This document shows, piece by piece, positions 24,573-31,212 of a stretch of DNA of 32,000 nucleotides. The DNA comes from Microbacterium phage Quartz. The position numbers and the translations under genes are program-made. Location of the stretch: the sequence record ON970571.1; one strand, given 5' to 3'. A model generated the notes under the pieces. That model was not told the origin of the DNA and ran no database searches. It was given only the letters and a program-made list of their open reading frames with translations. Numbering within the stretch: the first letter of the stretch is position 1; every line of letters starts with the position of its first letter.

Positions 24573-25505
24573 TTACAGCAGGTCGGCCAGCGGAAGTTCC
24601 ACCGGCTCGGAGTCGGTGGCCTTGTACCACTGCCTCCAGTTTACACCTACCCGCATGACCCCGCCTGCCTTGTTCTTCATGGACTCGCGGAGGAACGGGT
24701 AGATGTCGGGGTAGTCGATTGCAGCGTTCTCAATGTCTACCCTACGTGCTTCAGGGTCGGTCGGGTCCAGCGGGATCGTGGTCTCGATATTTCCATCCTG
24801 GTCGAATGCTACCACAGGCATCGTGAACCACTGTTGCCCACGGGTCATGACGTCCATGGCGAACGCCACGTCCTCGCCGTGCATGTGGAAGCGCTTAGGC
24901 AGCTCGAAGTTCTCCATCCTGGTCACGTCGTAGAACATGACGCTAGCCGGGAAGGTGCCCTTGTTGAGTGTGGCCCCGATGCTTGTGTCCACGTCTCCGC
25001 TGAAGAGCGCGTTGCGGGCTGCACCATACACAGCGTCGGCCACACTGGAGAAGACCCCGTCAGCGAGACGGCAGGCGACGGCCAGACTGCGCACCAGCAG
25101 CATCGGCTCCTGGATGCCACTGACCCCGGTGCTGTATCGCCGCGTGTGGTCGGGCTTGCCTTCCCGGGCGATGCGCTCCAGGAGGGACAGGTGCCGGATG
25201 TCATCGTCGAACATTACGATGCGCTCGTAGCCTCTCTCCAGCGCGTCCTCCAGCGCCTGGGTACGTGCTGGCCCCAGCCCCGGCCTACGGACGAGCACAG
25301 TCGTCGCCCAGGGGTAGTGCTTCTGGTACAGCTTGCGCTCCTCCCGGCGGACCACGATGTGGACCCGGCGCTGCACGCTGGCCGGAGCCGTCTGCAGCAG
25401 GTTCAGGAAGGGTGCTGTGCCTCCTCGGGTGTAGCTGGGCACGTAGATCGGCCATATCCAGCTGGACTTGGCCCGCCTCAGCAGCTTTACATGTTCATTA
25501 CTCAT
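24573..25505 (-). CDS. GT-A fold glycosyltransferase-like protein (310 aa)
   Basis: WPIYVPSYTRGG...VVRREERKLYQ...RTQALEDALERGYERIVMFDDDI (DxD-type motif); SD GGAGGAG. Confidence 0.7.
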   Translation of the reverse strand: MSNEHVKLLRRAKSSWIWPIYVPSYTRGGTAPFLNLLQTAPASVQRRVHIVVRREERKLYQKHYPWATTVLVRRPGLGPARTQALEDALERGYERIVMFDDDIRHLSLLERIAREGKPDHTRRYSTGVSGIQEPMLLVRSLAVACRLADGVFSSVADAVYGAARNALFSGDVDTSIGATLNKGTFPASVMFYDVTRMENFELPKRFHMHGEDVAFAMDVMTRGQQWFTMPVVAFDQDGNIETTIPLDPTDPEARRVDIENAAIDYPDIYPFLRESMKNKAGGVMRVGVNWRQWYKATDSEPVELPLADLL

Positions 25506-25722
25506 GGCTCCTCCAGCCATCCCATTCAAACTCGGTACGGGAGTGCCCGACGCGCGAGTACATGCCGTCCCTGGTGCGGACTAGGTCTGCGGGGTTGTTG
25601 GTCTCCCCATAGACGAAGCTCGGTGGCAGCATCTCACGGATGTGGAAGTGGCTGACGCCGTCCTCGAGTGCGATCTCCTTGCCGTGCATGGGACCGCCGA
25701 ACAGCTTGATGTGTTGCGACAC
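25498..25722 (-). CDS. Hypothetical protein (74 aa), GTG start
   Basis: MSQHIKLFGGPMHGKEIALEDG...; SD GGGAG. Confidence 0.7.
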   Translation of the reverse strand: MSQHIKLFGGPMHGKEIALEDGVSHFHIREMLPPSFVYGETNNPADLVRTRDGMYSRVGHSRTEFEWDGWRSHE

Positions 25723-25748
25723 GGGGTGGACTCCCTGATAGTGGTGCT

Positions 25749-25782
25749 CCCCCTGCCCCGGCTTGTGCAGCAGGACAGGGGG
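25749..25782 (-). terminator. GC-rich hairpin between leftward genes
   Basis: CCCCCTG (25749-25755) / CAGGGGG (25776-25782) in the intergenic gap. Confidence 0.45.
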
Positions 25783-25791
25783 AGACTCGGG

Positions 25792-26076
25792 TTACTTCTT
25801 CTTACGGTGCAGCGCGCCCCAGCCCCAGCGGGCACCAGCGACGAAGGCGTCCATGGTGTTCTTGGGCATCTGATCGTTCTTGAACATGTCCAGAGCGATG
25901 GCTTCCGACTCCCGGTTGTAGGCCACGATGTCCGGCTTGGGCTTGCGGATCTGCCACTTGCGGACAGCGTTCAGAGCACCCACGAAGATGGCGAACAGTA
26001 TGATCAGAGCGCCGAGCACGATCATGGCCAGGAAGAACCAGCCGAGGATCGGCAGCACCCAGTCCCAGGGGTTCAC
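25792..26076 (-). CDS. Membrane protein (94 aa), GTG start
   Basis: VNPWDWVLPILGWFFLAMIVLGALIILFAIFVGALNAVRKW...; GTG overlaps the upstream TGA. The track ORF (26727 start) overextends. Confidence 0.65.
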   Translation of the reverse strand: MNPWDWVLPILGWFFLAMIVLGALIILFAIFVGALNAVRKWQIRKPKPDIVAYNRESEAIALDMFKNDQMPKNTMDAFVAGARWGWGALHRKKK

Positions 26077-26888
26077 AGCTCGAAGTCCAGTGTCTCGCCC
26101 GTGCCAGCAGGCTCGGTGCTGTGCGGGTCGCGCTGGGCGCTGGTGTCGCCGTAGCGCTCGGCCTGGTCCAGCCACACACGACGGGCCAGCCGCTCCTCGG
26201 TGTCCTGAGCCGTCTCGTCCAGGAGCTGGAAGTGGCGCGGGTAGACGTGCAGGTTGGCCACCTGGAAGGTGATGTCCCCACGGCGCACGTCCCGACCCCG
26301 GTTGTTGAGGTCGATGAGCAGACGCTTCATCAGGTCGTCCCACATGCTGTAGTCCGCACGGTAGCCGAACACGGCGTCCATGCTGCGCATCTGGGCGATG
26401 ATGTGCAGGCGACCGTCTGCGTCCACCATGAAGTTGAGCGCGTTGGTGCAGATGAAGTCGTTGCGACCGTTGTAGCTGGCCAGCTGATGGATGTCGCGGT
26501 CGCTGATGATGGCCACGGCGTGCCGGGTCTCCAGCCCCTCCTTGAGCAGCGTGATGAGCACGCGGTCGTAGAGCGTGGTGACGCGGGGGAGCAGCTCGTC
26601 GTCCCGGCTGAACAGGATGTGGCCGTAGGCACTGTTCACCGCGCCGTCCCAGCCAGCACACGCCTGGAACAGCTTCGGAACCGGGCCTTCCATGTCGGCG
26701 AGCTTGTTGCTGCCGGAGTTGAACCAAGCCAGCTCACGGCGAACCCAGTCGGGGTTCACGTTGCCGATCATGGACTCGGTGGTTGCCTTCCAGTTCACCG
26801 AGTACAGCACTCGGTTCCCGGTCCGCTCGTCGATGGGTGCGCTGGCAAGGGCCAGCACCACATCATCAACAGTGTTCTGCTTCAGCAT
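26073..26888 (-). CDS. Divergent thymidylate synthase / deoxypyrimidine hydroxymethyltransferase-like protein (271 aa)
   Basis: FICTNALNFMVDADGRLHIIAQMRSMDAVFGYRADYSMWDDL aligns in pattern with TS PCHxxxQFxV...LxxxxxxRSxDxxLGxPxNxxxY; also WDGAVNSAYGHILF. SD AAGGAGG. Confidence 0.7.
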   Translation of the reverse strand: MLKQNTVDDVVLALASAPIDERTGNRVLYSVNWKATTESMIGNVNPDWVRRELAWFNSGSNKLADMEGPVPKLFQACAGWDGAVNSAYGHILFSRDDELLPRVTTLYDRVLITLLKEGLETRHAVAIISDRDIHQLASYNGRNDFICTNALNFMVDADGRLHIIAQMRSMDAVFGYRADYSMWDDLMKRLLIDLNNRGRDVRRGDITFQVANLHVYPRHFQLLDETAQDTEERLARRVWLDQAERYGDTSAQRDPHSTEPAGTGETLDFEL

Positions 26889-26920
26889 GTTGTCCTCCTT
26901 GGACTGCTATGGGGTAACTA

Positions 26921-26950
26921 CAGGGTACTGCATGCCGGGGCTGGCGCACA
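26921..26950 (-). promoter_or_regulatory. Putative promoter P8: TTGTGC-N18-TACCCT
   Basis: Minus strand TTGTGCGCCAGCCCCGGCATGCAGTACCCT upstream of the TS-like gene. Confidence 0.4.
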
Positions 26951-26966
26951 ACCCCAACATGAAATT

Positions 26967-27125
26967 CTAGGCACCACAGAGGATGCAGGGCTGGGCCTTG
27001 TTGGGCTTCATGTGGTCACCCCGCTCGCAGGCCTCAGCCGACGCCAGCTTCTTCTCCAGAATGCGGAGCTGAATGTTGGCCTGGTGGATCTCAGCGCGGA
27101 GCGCGTGTGCGGACTTGCGTGCCAT
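26967..27125 (-). CDS. Small hypothetical protein (52 aa), absent from ORF track
   Basis: MARKSAHALRAEIHQANIQLRILEKKLASAEACERGDHMKPNKAQPCILCGA*; preceded by TAAGGA. Confidence 0.65.
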   Translation of the reverse strand: MARKSAHALRAEIHQANIQLRILEKKLASAEACERGDHMKPNKAQPCILCGA

Positions 27126-27136
27126 GATGGGGTTCC

Positions 27137-27343
27137 TTACTTGACGAGGGCCAGGGCCGAAGCCGCTGCGCGCTTGCGGACGTCGTAGCTGCCGGTGTAC
27201 ATAACGTCGGCCAGGTGACCGAGCTTGGTGGCGACAGCCTGGGTGACAACCTTGGTCTCAACTGCGTCGGCCAGCAGGCGACGGATAACGCGGCTGTCCT
27301 GGTCGTTGATTGCTGCGATGAGAAGCTTCTTGGTGGTGTTCAT
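27137..27343 (-). CDS. Hypothetical protein (68 aa), probably translated from a leaderless mRNA
   Basis: MNTTKKLLIAAINDQDSRVIRRLL...; no SD, ATG 6 nt after the -10 hexamer of P7. Confidence 0.65.
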   Translation of the reverse strand: MNTTKKLLIAAINDQDSRVIRRLLADAVETKVVTQAVATKLGHLADVMYTGSYDVRKRAAASALALVK

Positions 27344-27349
27344 GACTTC

Positions 27350-27378
27350 AGTATATACCCTTAGTTGAAGTGGCGCAA
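27350..27378 (-). promoter_or_regulatory. Putative promoter P7: TTGCGC-N17-TATACT
   Basis: Minus strand TTGCGCCACTTCAACTAAGGGTATATACT-GAAGTC-ATG. Confidence 0.75.
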
Positions 27379-27382
27379 GCGC

Positions 27383-27595
27383 CTACGCAGATTTCATGAA
27401 TATAGCGTGGCCACATGAGAAGGTGTAGAACATGCCCTGCTGAGGCGCGCCCGCACAGGTGGCCGTACCGGCTTCGACATCGACGACGACACCGTGGCGC
27501 TGCTGCTGGAACTGAAGCCGGTCGAACGAGCTGGCCGTTGCCAGCCAAGCCCGCTCGACCTGGGTGAGCTTACCTGCGCTGCATGTGATGTCCAT
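27383..27595 (-). CDS. Hypothetical protein (70 aa), probably leaderless
   Basis: MDITCSAGKLTQVERAWLATASSFDRLQFQQQRHGVVVDVEAG...; no SD, ATG 6 nt after the -10 of P5. Confidence 0.6.
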   Translation of the reverse strand: MDITCSAGKLTQVERAWLATASSFDRLQFQQQRHGVVVDVEAGTATCAGAPQQGMFYTFSCGHAIFMKSA

Positions 27596-27601
27596 GGCTT
27601 C

Positions 27602-27631
27602 AGCTTAGCAGCAGGTTCAGCCTTCCTGCAA
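27602..27631 (-). promoter_or_regulatory. Putative promoter P5: TTGCAG-N18-TAAGCT (extended TGCTAAGCT)
   Basis: Minus strand TTGCAGGAAGGCTGAACCTGCTGCTAAGCT-GAAGCC-ATG; overlaps the 3' end of the 46-aa gene. Confidence 0.65.
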
Positions 27632-27757
27632 CTCCTCTTCCAGGTAGACCCGTCGCGCCTCGGTGCGCTCGTACTCGGTCAGGTCGCCCCACTGCACGTC
27701 ATCGCTCAGGGAGTTGAACCACTTCTTGGTCGCGCTCCATATGGCCTTGTCGTTCAC
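27617..27757 (-). CDS. Small hypothetical protein (46 aa), GTG start, absent from ORF track
   Basis: VNDKAIWSATKKWFNSLSDDVQWGDLTEYERTEARRVYLEEELQEG*; SD AAGGAGG. Confidence 0.7.
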   Translation of the reverse strand: MNDKAIWSATKKWFNSLSDDVQWGDLTEYERTEARRVYLEEELQEG

Positions 27758-27777
27758 GTTGCCTCCTTGGTGCTGGG

Positions 27778-27797
27778 GGAGGGGCCGAAGCCCCTCC
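27778..27797 (-). terminator. Hairpin with C(UUCG)G tetraloop on the minus strand
   Basis: Minus strand GGAGGGGC-TTCG-GCCCCTCC, perfect 8-bp stem between two genes. Confidence 0.7.
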
Positions 27798-27803
27798 TGA
27801 GGG

Positions 27804-28016
27804 TTAGTCGAGATCGAAGTGCTCGTTGCTGTAGGCGTAGATGGCCTCTTCCCACTGGCGGAAGGTCAGGGTCGTGGTGCCGTCGGCGTTGACGTTGCGG
27901 AAGAAGTACCCCTCGAACTGGTCGACCTCCTCGGTGGTCCAGTCGTTCTCCAGAAGGTGGTTGCGCACGACGGAGATGGTGGGCTTCACGGTGAGGTTGA
28001 CCTGCTCGTTATACAT
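27804..28016 (-). CDS. Hypothetical protein (70 aa)
   Basis: MYNEQVNLTVKPTISVVRNHLLENDWTTEEVDQFEG...; SD AAGGAG, own promoter P2. Confidence 0.7.
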   Translation of the reverse strand: MYNEQVNLTVKPTISVVRNHLLENDWTTEEVDQFEGYFFRNVNADGTTTLTFRQWEEAIYAYSNEHFDLD

Positions 28017-28044
28017 CTTGACTCCTTGGTTGGTGTGTAACTTC

Positions 28045-28074
28045 AGCTTACACCAAGGGGCTGAAGGTTCGCAA
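28045..28074 (-). promoter_or_regulatory. Putative promoter P2: TTGCGA-N18-TAAGCT
   Basis: Minus strand TTGCGAACCTTCAGCCCCTTGGTGTAAGCT upstream of the 70-aa gene; the -35 lies inside the hairpin 28057-28085. Confidence 0.7.
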
Positions 28075-28093
28075 CCCCCAGCCCCGAAGTGTT

Positions 28094-28351
28094 TCAGATG
28101 TACGGGTCGTCGTCCTCGTCGTCAGGCGCTGCGTCGCTGATCACGACCTCGCCCCCGTGGTATGCCTGCAAGCTGCCGAAGCCTGCCCCGTAGCGCTGGC
28201 CGTTGGCGACGACCACCTTGGCGTCCTCGCCGAACTGCTGGATGGCATCCTGCACGGCCGACAGCAGGTCAGCCAGTGTGACGTCCGTGTTGATCTGGTC
28301 GGGCGCGTAGCCCTGATTGTCGTTGACCCCGATGAGAACCGTGCTAGCCAT
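28094..28351 (-). CDS. Hypothetical protein (85 aa)
   Basis: MASTVLIGVNDNQGYAPDQINTDVTLADLLSAV...; SD GGGAGG. The track start at 28444 overextends through promoter P1. Confidence 0.7.
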   Translation of the reverse strand: MASTVLIGVNDNQGYAPDQINTDVTLADLLSAVQDAIQQFGEDAKVVVANGQRYGAGFGSLQAYHGGEVVISDAAPDDEDDDPYI

Positions 28352-28391
28352 GATGGCCTCCCTGCTAGTGGTGGACTTGCTTAGTGACTTC

Positions 28392-28421
28392 AGCTTATAC
28401 CCTGGGGTGAAGGTTTCGCAA
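28392..28421 (-). promoter_or_regulatory. Putative promoter P1: TTGCGA-N18-TAAGCT
   Basis: Minus strand TTGCGAAACCTTCACCCCAGGGTATAAGCT; the -35 lies inside the hairpin 28401-28434. Confidence 0.7.
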
Positions 28422-28440
28422 CCCCCACCCCAGGCAATGT

Positions 28441-28764
28441 TCACTCGACGGGAACCAGGCTCAGCTCGCCGTTGTTGGGGTAGCGGCCCCGGCCAGTGAA
28501 GACCAGCTCGTACGTGGTGTCACCGATGGTCAGGTGCTCGCCGACGCCGATGCGGGGCTTCGGCTCGGTGTAGTGTGCCGAGATGGTGACCCCGATGAGG
28601 CTGACCTCCGGCTTGCCCGAAGCCGTGGTGCCCTGGGCTGCGTAATACTTGCCCGACAGGTCGACGTAGATGTGGCCGTCAATGCCCGCAATGTTGAAGA
28701 CCTCAGAGGAGAGGTAGGTGACGGGGTAACCGGCCTTGGTGCTGAGGGTGACGATGGTAGCCAT
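28441..28764 (-). CDS. Hypothetical protein (107 aa)
   Basis: MATIVTLSTKAGYPVTYLSSEVFNIAGIDGH...; SD CAGGAGG. Confidence 0.7.
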   Translation of the reverse strand: MATIVTLSTKAGYPVTYLSSEVFNIAGIDGHIYVDLSGKYYAAQGTTASGKPEVSLIGVTISAHYTEPKPRIGVGEHLTIGDTTYELVFTGRGRYPNNGELSLVPVE

Positions 28765-28803
28765 TGGGGGCCTCCTGAAGTAGTGGACTTGCTGACATGA
28801 TCA

Positions 28804-28832
28804 ACAATACACACTTCAGAAGACCCCCGCAA
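28804..28832 (-). promoter_or_regulatory. Putative promoter P6: TTGCGG-N17-TATTGT
   Basis: Minus strand TTGCGGGGGTCTTCTGAAGTGTGTATTGT upstream of the 107-aa gene. Confidence 0.6.
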
Positions 28833-28833
28833 C

Positions 28834-29706
28834 TTATTTCTTGAACTGCTCCGGGATCGTCAGATCGAAGCTGCCGTTCCGGACGTAGGGCTGGCCCGTG
28901 CCCTTGTAGCCCTGCTGCACCAGCCGAGCATACTTGCTGTACTCGCAGAAGACGTTCTGCACGTCCATCCAGCTTGCGTGCCTGCCGTTGCTGTCGGGCA
29001 GCGTGGGCAGGCGCTCCACCGGGAAGGTGGTGATCACGTCGACCGCTTCCTTGGGCGTTGCTGGTGTGGCCTTGCCTAGCATCACCCCGACGCCCTTGCG
29101 ACTGCCCGGACCGGCCAGAATGTAGTCATTCTCCTGGTCAGGTTCGCCCCTGGTGTACCCGAGGTCGGTAGCGATCTGCATGGCCAAAAATGGCCCCAGA
29201 CCAGGGGTTTCCTGCAGCAGCATGACCCGCGTCGCCAGGTTGTCGACCTCGGCCACATGACCGATCCAGGGTGCAGCAGCAGGGAACACGTCGCGCATCT
29301 TGTCCACCGTGCCCCGGCTGTCGCCAGGCTTGATCAGGATAATGTACGCCCCGTTCAAGAACGCGCCAGGCCGTGCCTCCACCACGGGGGCGATGACCTT
29401 GTCGTACCACTTCGGATTGAAGATGTCGTCCGCGTCGGGCACGTACCCGTCGTTCGCCTCGATGATGTCCGCCATCGTGTCCGGCCGGTTCACCTGTCGG
29501 TACAAGTAGCTGACTGCCAGCCGGTCCAGCGGGTCGCTGAACACGTTCATCAGCTCCAGCAGGTACTGACTGCCCCGGTCAATGACCCGGAACACGTTGG
29601 TGAACTTGCGCTGGGTCAGGATGGGCGACTTGACGGTCTTGCCCTCCCAGAGCCGGTGCCGTGCCTTGGCGAACTTGACCACGGTGTCAACCGATGCCAG
29701 GTTCAT
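28834..29706 (-). CDS. Putative DNA base hypermodification protein (HMUDK_hel / aGPT-PPlase-like, 290 aa)
   Basis: MNLASVDTVVKFAKARHRLWEGKTVKSPILTQRKFTNVFRVIDRGSQYLLE... with HhH-like LLQETPGLGPFLAMQIATDLGY. ATG 29706; the track start 29802 overextends. Confidence 0.6.
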   Translation of the reverse strand: MNLASVDTVVKFAKARHRLWEGKTVKSPILTQRKFTNVFRVIDRGSQYLLELMNVFSDPLDRLAVSYLYRQVNRPDTMADIIEANDGYVPDADDIFNPKWYDKVIAPVVEARPGAFLNGAYIILIKPGDSRGTVDKMRDVFPAAAPWIGHVAEVDNLATRVMLLQETPGLGPFLAMQIATDLGYTRGEPDQENDYILAGPGSRKGVGVMLGKATPATPKEAVDVITTFPVERLPTLPDSNGRHASWMDVQNVFCEYSKYARLVQQGYKGTGQPYVRNGSFDLTIPEQFKK

Positions 29707-30044
29707 TTCCGTTTCCTGCCCTTCTTGGGCTTGGCCTTGCCGTCGGCCGTGATGGCGACCCGAAGCTGCTCGATGACAGTGTCGAAGTCGTCCTGATTCC
29801 ATGCGTCCACAGCGGCCTCCAGCGCTGGCAGCGCGACACGGCAGATGGCGACCTGCGTGGCGTTGCTGGTGCTGGTGTGCTCGTACTTCTCCTGAGCACG
29901 TAGCTGGTGGAACTCCTCACGCTGCAAGTGTGTCAGCGTGTCGGTGATTGCCAGGTGCGCCTCGTCCCCAATGGTGCCCGAGTTGGCGCACTCCAGCAAG
30001 AGCGCGATTGTGATGTGGCCCGTCTGCCTCCGACTTGCGTTCAC
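29703..30044 (-). CDS. Hypothetical protein (113 aa)
   Basis: ATGA-type coupling with its neighbour; basic C-terminus AKPKKGRKRK. Confidence 0.65.
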   Translation of the reverse strand: MNASRRQTGHITIALLLECANSGTIGDEAHLAITDTLTHLQREEFHQLRAQEKYEHTSTSNATQVAICRVALPALEAAVDAWNQDDFDTVIEQLRVAITADGKAKPKKGRKRK

Positions 30045-30289
30045 GTGATGTCCGCCGTGAAGTACAGGCCGACCACGGTGTTCGGGTCGATCTCAGGGAA
30101 GGCGTTGGCGACCTCGGGGTAGGTCATGACGCGGGGTTCCGGGTCACGGGTCACCCTGGTCAGCCTGGCCCCCTGTGCCAGCGCTTCGAACTTCTGGTCG
30201 GCGGACTGCTGGGCCATCTGGACAGCGCCGCGCGGGTCGTGGTTATACAGCCCCACTTCCACGAAGACGACCTGGTATGCCTGAGGCAT
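30041..30289 (-). CDS. Hypothetical protein (82 aa)
   Basis: MPQAYQVVFVEVGLYNHDPRGAV...; coupled to its neighbours. Confidence 0.65.
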   Translation of the reverse strand: MPQAYQVVFVEVGLYNHDPRGAVQMAQQSADQKFEALAQGARLTRVTRDPEPRVMTYPEVANAFPEIDPNTVVGLYFTADIT

Positions 30290-30765
30290 CAGTTGACCAT
30301 CCTTCCCACGTTGCGCTCGGCGCTGAAGTAGGCCACGTCAGCAGCCAGGTCGCGGCCCACGGCCTCGATGCGCATCGGTCGGCCTGCCAGGTCCGCCGCA
30401 CGCTGGCGCTCGGCACGCGGAGGCACGACCTCCTTCTCGGTGAGCTGGGCACGGGCCTCCTCGGGGATGCTGTGCCACAAGTTCTCCAGCGCCTGCACCA
30501 TGCCCTCGAGCACCGGCTGGAGTGCTTCCTGCAGAGCGACGATGAACTGCTGGATCATCTCGGCCACATACTGACCGATCGCCTCCAGGTCCGCCTGTTC
30601 CTTGGGCGTCAGCTCGCCTCCACCGTGCAGGGTGTCGGCGTAGCCCATCAGCCGGTTGAGCGGATCCTCGGTGTGCCCAAGGCAGGTCAGCTCGCCCTCC
30701 TCAGGCTCCTGCCAGGTGTGGCCCTCATGCTTCTGCACGTTGGGGCACTGCATGGTGTACTTCAC
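30289..30765 (-). CDS. Hypothetical protein (158 aa), GTG start
   Basis: MKYTMQCPNVQKHEGHTWQEPEEGELTCLGH...; GTGA overlap with the upstream stop. Confidence 0.65.
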   Translation of the reverse strand: MKYTMQCPNVQKHEGHTWQEPEEGELTCLGHTEDPLNRLMGYADTLHGGGELTPKEQADLEAIGQYVAEMIQQFIVALQEALQPVLEGMVQALENLWHSIPEEARAQLTEKEVVPPRAERQRAADLAGRPMRIEAVGRDLAADVAYFSAERNVGRMVN

Positions 30766-30896
30766 AGTCCGGCCCTTCCTTCCCAGGTGTGCCCTGCCGG
30801 GTCCTCGGCACAGTCCGACGTGTTGTCACGCCCGACGAAGTAGCCGTTCCGGTCCAGGTGCAGTTCTTCTTCGCAGTGATCGCACAGGTACGGCAT
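30762..30896 (-). CDS. Small Cys-pair protein (44 aa), absent from ORF track
   Basis: MPYLCDHCEEELHLDRNGYFVGRDNTSDCAEDPAGHTWEGRAGL*; overlaps both neighbours by 1-4 nt. Confidence 0.65.
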   Translation of the reverse strand: MPYLCDHCEEELHLDRNGYFVGRDNTSDCAEDPAGHTWEGRAGL

Positions 30897-31165
30897 CAGG
30901 CACCGACCGAAGTGCGCGCGTAGTTCTCGATGAGCTTGCTGCGGGTGAACTCCCGGAGCTTGCCGACGGTGTGCGGAGCCTTGGGTGCCTTGACGACACG
31001 GAACACGCCAGGCGAGCTGAGCGTGGGCAGGGCCACAATCTCGACCTCGCGGTAGCGCGGCTTGGCCAGCTTCCGGCCGTTCTTCCCGAAGCGCTCGGTG
31101 TTCCGAACGTCGACGTCGATCCAGTGCTGCCCGACCTGAATGTCGACACTGTGGTTGATGCTCAT
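30896..31165 (-). CDS. Hypothetical protein (89 aa), first gene of the leftward block
   Basis: MSINHSVDIQVGQHWIDVDVRNTERF...; SD AAGGAG is correctly spaced for ATG 31165 rather than 31171. Confidence 0.65.
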   Translation of the reverse strand: MSINHSVDIQVGQHWIDVDVRNTERFGKNGRKLAKPRYREVEIVALPTLSSPGVFRVVKAPKAPHTVGKLREFTRSKLIENYARTSVGA

Positions 31166-31212
31166 GTTCATCTCCTTGTTCTAAGACCTCCCGAATGAGG
31201 CCCGCTGCACCA

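Noticed and set aside
26121-27188. 355-aa plus-strand ORF
   Set aside because: Antisense to the TS-like gene and two small leftward genes.
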